A stretch of 64,000 nt of DNA from Burkholderiales bacterium (GTDB taxonomy: Bacteria > Pseudomonadota > Gammaproteobacteria > Burkholderiales > SG8-41): NCBI GenBank assembly GCA_022841375.1, contig JALHRQ010000016.1:2166-66165 (forward strand). The letters run 5' to 3'. The position numbers and the translations under genes are program-made. Below are positions 62,562-64,000 of this stretch, one piece after another. Positions within the stretch are counted from its first letter, which is position 1, and each line of letters starts with the position of its first letter. The notes beneath the pieces were generated by a model, which was given only the letters and a program-made list of their open reading frames with translations, was not told the origin of the DNA and did not search any database.

Positions 62562-63014
62562 ATGGAAATGACCGGCGAACAGCTGATCGCCCTGCCCCAC
62601 CAGGCCACCTGGGATGCACTGAACGATACCGCTGTCCTGATGGACTGCATCCCCGGCTGCGACTCGATGGAAAAGCAGTCGGATAACGAATACCTGCTAA
62701 CGATGACCGCCAGGGTCGGTCCGGTCAGCGCCAAGTTCAAGGGCAAGATGACGCTGAGCGAAGTCCAGCCGCCCGATTCCTACAGTCTGCATTTCGAAGG
62801 CCAGGGCGGCGTTGCCGGCTTCGCCAAAGGCGAGGCGCATGTGCAACTGGCGCCGGAAGGCGATTCGACCAAGCTGACTTACAGCGTCAAGGCCAGCATC
62901 GGCGGCAAGCTGGCACAGGTCGGTGCGCGACTGATCGACGGTGTCGCCAAAAAAATGGCCGAACAGTTTTTTACGGCATTCAACAAACGCGCCAGCGGCA
63001 CAAACGCAGGTTAA
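62562..63014 (+). CDS. CoxG/SRPBCC-family carbon-monoxide-dehydrogenase subunit G-like protein
   Basis: 150 aa with VGPVSAKFKGKMTLSEVQPPDSYSLHFEGQGGVAGFAKGEAHVQL and IGGKLAQVGARLIDGVAKKMAEQFF. Confidence 0.8.
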   Translation: MEMTGEQLIALPHQATWDALNDTAVLMDCIPGCDSMEKQSDNEYLLTMTARVGPVSAKFKGKMTLSEVQPPDSYSLHFEGQGGVAGFAKGEAHVQLAPEGDSTKLTYSVKASIGGKLAQVGARLIDGVAKKMAEQFFTAFNKRASGTNAG

Positions 63015-63023
63015 TTACTGCAC

Positions 63024-63059
63024 AAATGACAACGCCGGCTAAGGCCGGCGTTGTCATTT
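63024..63059. terminator. bidirectional terminator-type hairpin between convergent genes
   Basis: A perfect 16-bp inverted repeat, AAATGACAACGCCGGC / GCCGGCGTTGTCATTT, encloses the loop TAAG. The A/T tracts sit at both stem ends. Confidence 0.65.
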
Positions 63060-63076
63060 AAACCCGGATGTGAATT

Positions 63077-63745
63077 TCAGCCAACATGCTTGCGCAAAAA
63101 CGCCAGTGTGCGTTCGCGCGCCAGTTTGGCACTGGCCGCATCGAATGATCCGCGCTGATCGCAATTAAAGCCGTGACCGGCGGAATAAAAGTGGTGCTCC
63201 CACTGCGGTTGCGCCGCCTTGACCTTTTGCGCGGCCTCGAGGGTGATCGATTGGTCCTTCTCGCCCCAGTGGAACATCACCGGACATTTCGCCTGCAGTG
63301 ACGCGTGATTCGGAATACCGCCACCGTAATGCGGCGATGAGCACGCCAGCCCTGCGACTTCTGCCGCCGCTTTCCAGGCCACGGTACCGCCCCAGCAATA
63401 ACCAACGATGCCCACCTTGCCCGCAGACGCAACCGCTTTGATTGCCGCCGTGACATCCTTGATGGCGTCGTCGAGGCTGGCTTTCTGCATCAATCCACGG
63501 CTGACTTCTATTTCCGGCGGCGTATAACCGCACTCGTAATTGCGTTGCACACGGTCGAACATCGCAGGTGCAATGGCGAGGTAGCCGTCTGCGGCATAAC
63601 CGTCGGCGACGGCACGGATGTGACTGTTGACACCGAAAATCTCCATCACCACCACCACGGCGCCGCGCGGCTTGCCGGCAGGCTCCGCTTTGTAGGCGCC
63701 GAATTTGTGACCGTCAGCGGCCGTCAGTTCAATCATGCTGCCCAT
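63077..63745 (-). CDS. dienelactone hydrolase family protein
   Basis: 222 aa with VVVMEIFGVNSHIRAVADGYA and the nucleophile region GIVGYCWGG. Confidence 0.85.
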   Translation of the reverse strand: MGSMIELTAADGHKFGAYKAEPAGKPRGAVVVVMEIFGVNSHIRAVADGYAADGYLAIAPAMFDRVQRNYECGYTPPEIEVSRGLMQKASLDDAIKDVTAAIKAVASAGKVGIVGYCWGGTVAWKAAAEVAGLACSSPHYGGGIPNHASLQAKCPVMFHWGEKDQSITLEAAQKVKAAQPQWEHHFYSAGHGFNCDQRGSFDAASAKLARERTLAFLRKHVG

Positions 63746-63868
63746 GCTTATTCCTCCGCGCTGTAAGAAGTAAAAAACCTAAAACATTATAGCCTGCGGC
63801 CACGACCGCTCCACGGTCCTTAATGTAGACTGTCCGCCAATCTGAATGACCGCGACAGGGGCCGGGGC

Positions 63869-64000
63869 ATGCTGAAAATCTGGGGGCGCACCAACTCGAT
63901 CAACGTGCAGAAAGTGCTGTGGACCTGCGCCGAACTGGGCCTGCCGTACGAACGCATCGACGCCGGCATGCAGTTTGGCGTCAATAACACGCCTGAATAC
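63869..64000 (+). CDS. glutathione S-transferase, N-terminal part (gene runs off the right edge)
   Basis: My translation from ATG 63869 is MLKIWGRTNSINVQKVLWTCAELGLPYERIDAGMQFGVNNTPEY. This is a typical GST N-terminal thioredoxin-like domain. Confidence 0.7.
   Translation, partial: MLKIWGRTNSINVQKVLWTCAELGLPYERIDAGMQFGVNNTPEY

Noticed and set aside
1-64000. Search for tRNA/rRNA, CRISPR arrays, IS elements/transposases, integrases, prophage genes or toxin-antitoxin/defence gene signatures
   Set aside because: I found no cloverleaf-like conserved tRNA boxes, no regularly spaced direct repeats longer than the 3 x 14-bp unit at 46800, and no DDE/tyrosine-recombinase-like ORFs. I also found no nuclease/helicase/ATPase combinations typical of defence systems. 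The scan was by eye only, so short elements could have been missed.

Overview
GC-rich (by eye, not computed) proteobacterial chromosome segment. It looks Burkholderiales-like because it carries 8 Bug/TctC-type periplasmic binding-protein genes but only one tctCBA transporter. About 60 densely packed CDS make up an accessory metabolic and transport region. I found no rRNA, tRNA, CRISPR array, transposase or phage genes. All protein calls rest on motif and family recognition from the supplied translations; no database search was possible.

Main blocks:
- 1-6.7 kb: two mirrored Bug + gamma-glutamyltransferase modules.
- 6.7-8.3 kb: an orphan ParA-like ATPase next to a low-GC, repeat-bearing, gene-poor stretch.
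- 8.3-14.8 kb: two TauE/SafE exporters, three translationally coupled MFS paralogues, and a divergent GntR regulator with a cysteine-dioxygenase-like cupin.
- 14.9-26.4 kb: a long plus-strand operon in which ubiX and a UbiD-family decarboxylase sit inside a NitT/TauT-type ABC transporter, together with an acyl-CoA ligase, thioesterase and several oxidoreductases.
- 26.4-35.3 kb: a minus-strand cluster under a divergent CysB-like LysR regulator (2 cupins, ACMSD-type amidohydrolase, 2 SMP-30 lactonases, ThDP enzyme, 2 Bug).
- 35.3-44.2 kb: tctCBA plus two FAH-family genes, a membrane-anchored methyltransferase and a fourth MFS paralogue.
- 44.4-64 kb: assorted genes.

The most interesting locus is the minus-strand operon 47933-49908. 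It contains two in-frame UGA codons in the same local context (UGA-GGG-UCA, encoding U-G-S). Each is followed about 20 nt downstream by a hairpin loop.
- The first UGA joins two ORF-track fragments into a 178-codon U-x-x-C-x-x-C ('UGSC'-type) candidate selenoprotein. Its hairpin resembles the E. coli fdhF SECIS.
- The second UGA would fuse a CxxC thioredoxin-fold ORF to a 360-aa domain of unknown function that otherwise has no convincing start site.

Together these look like a compact, uncharacterised selenium-dependent redox module.
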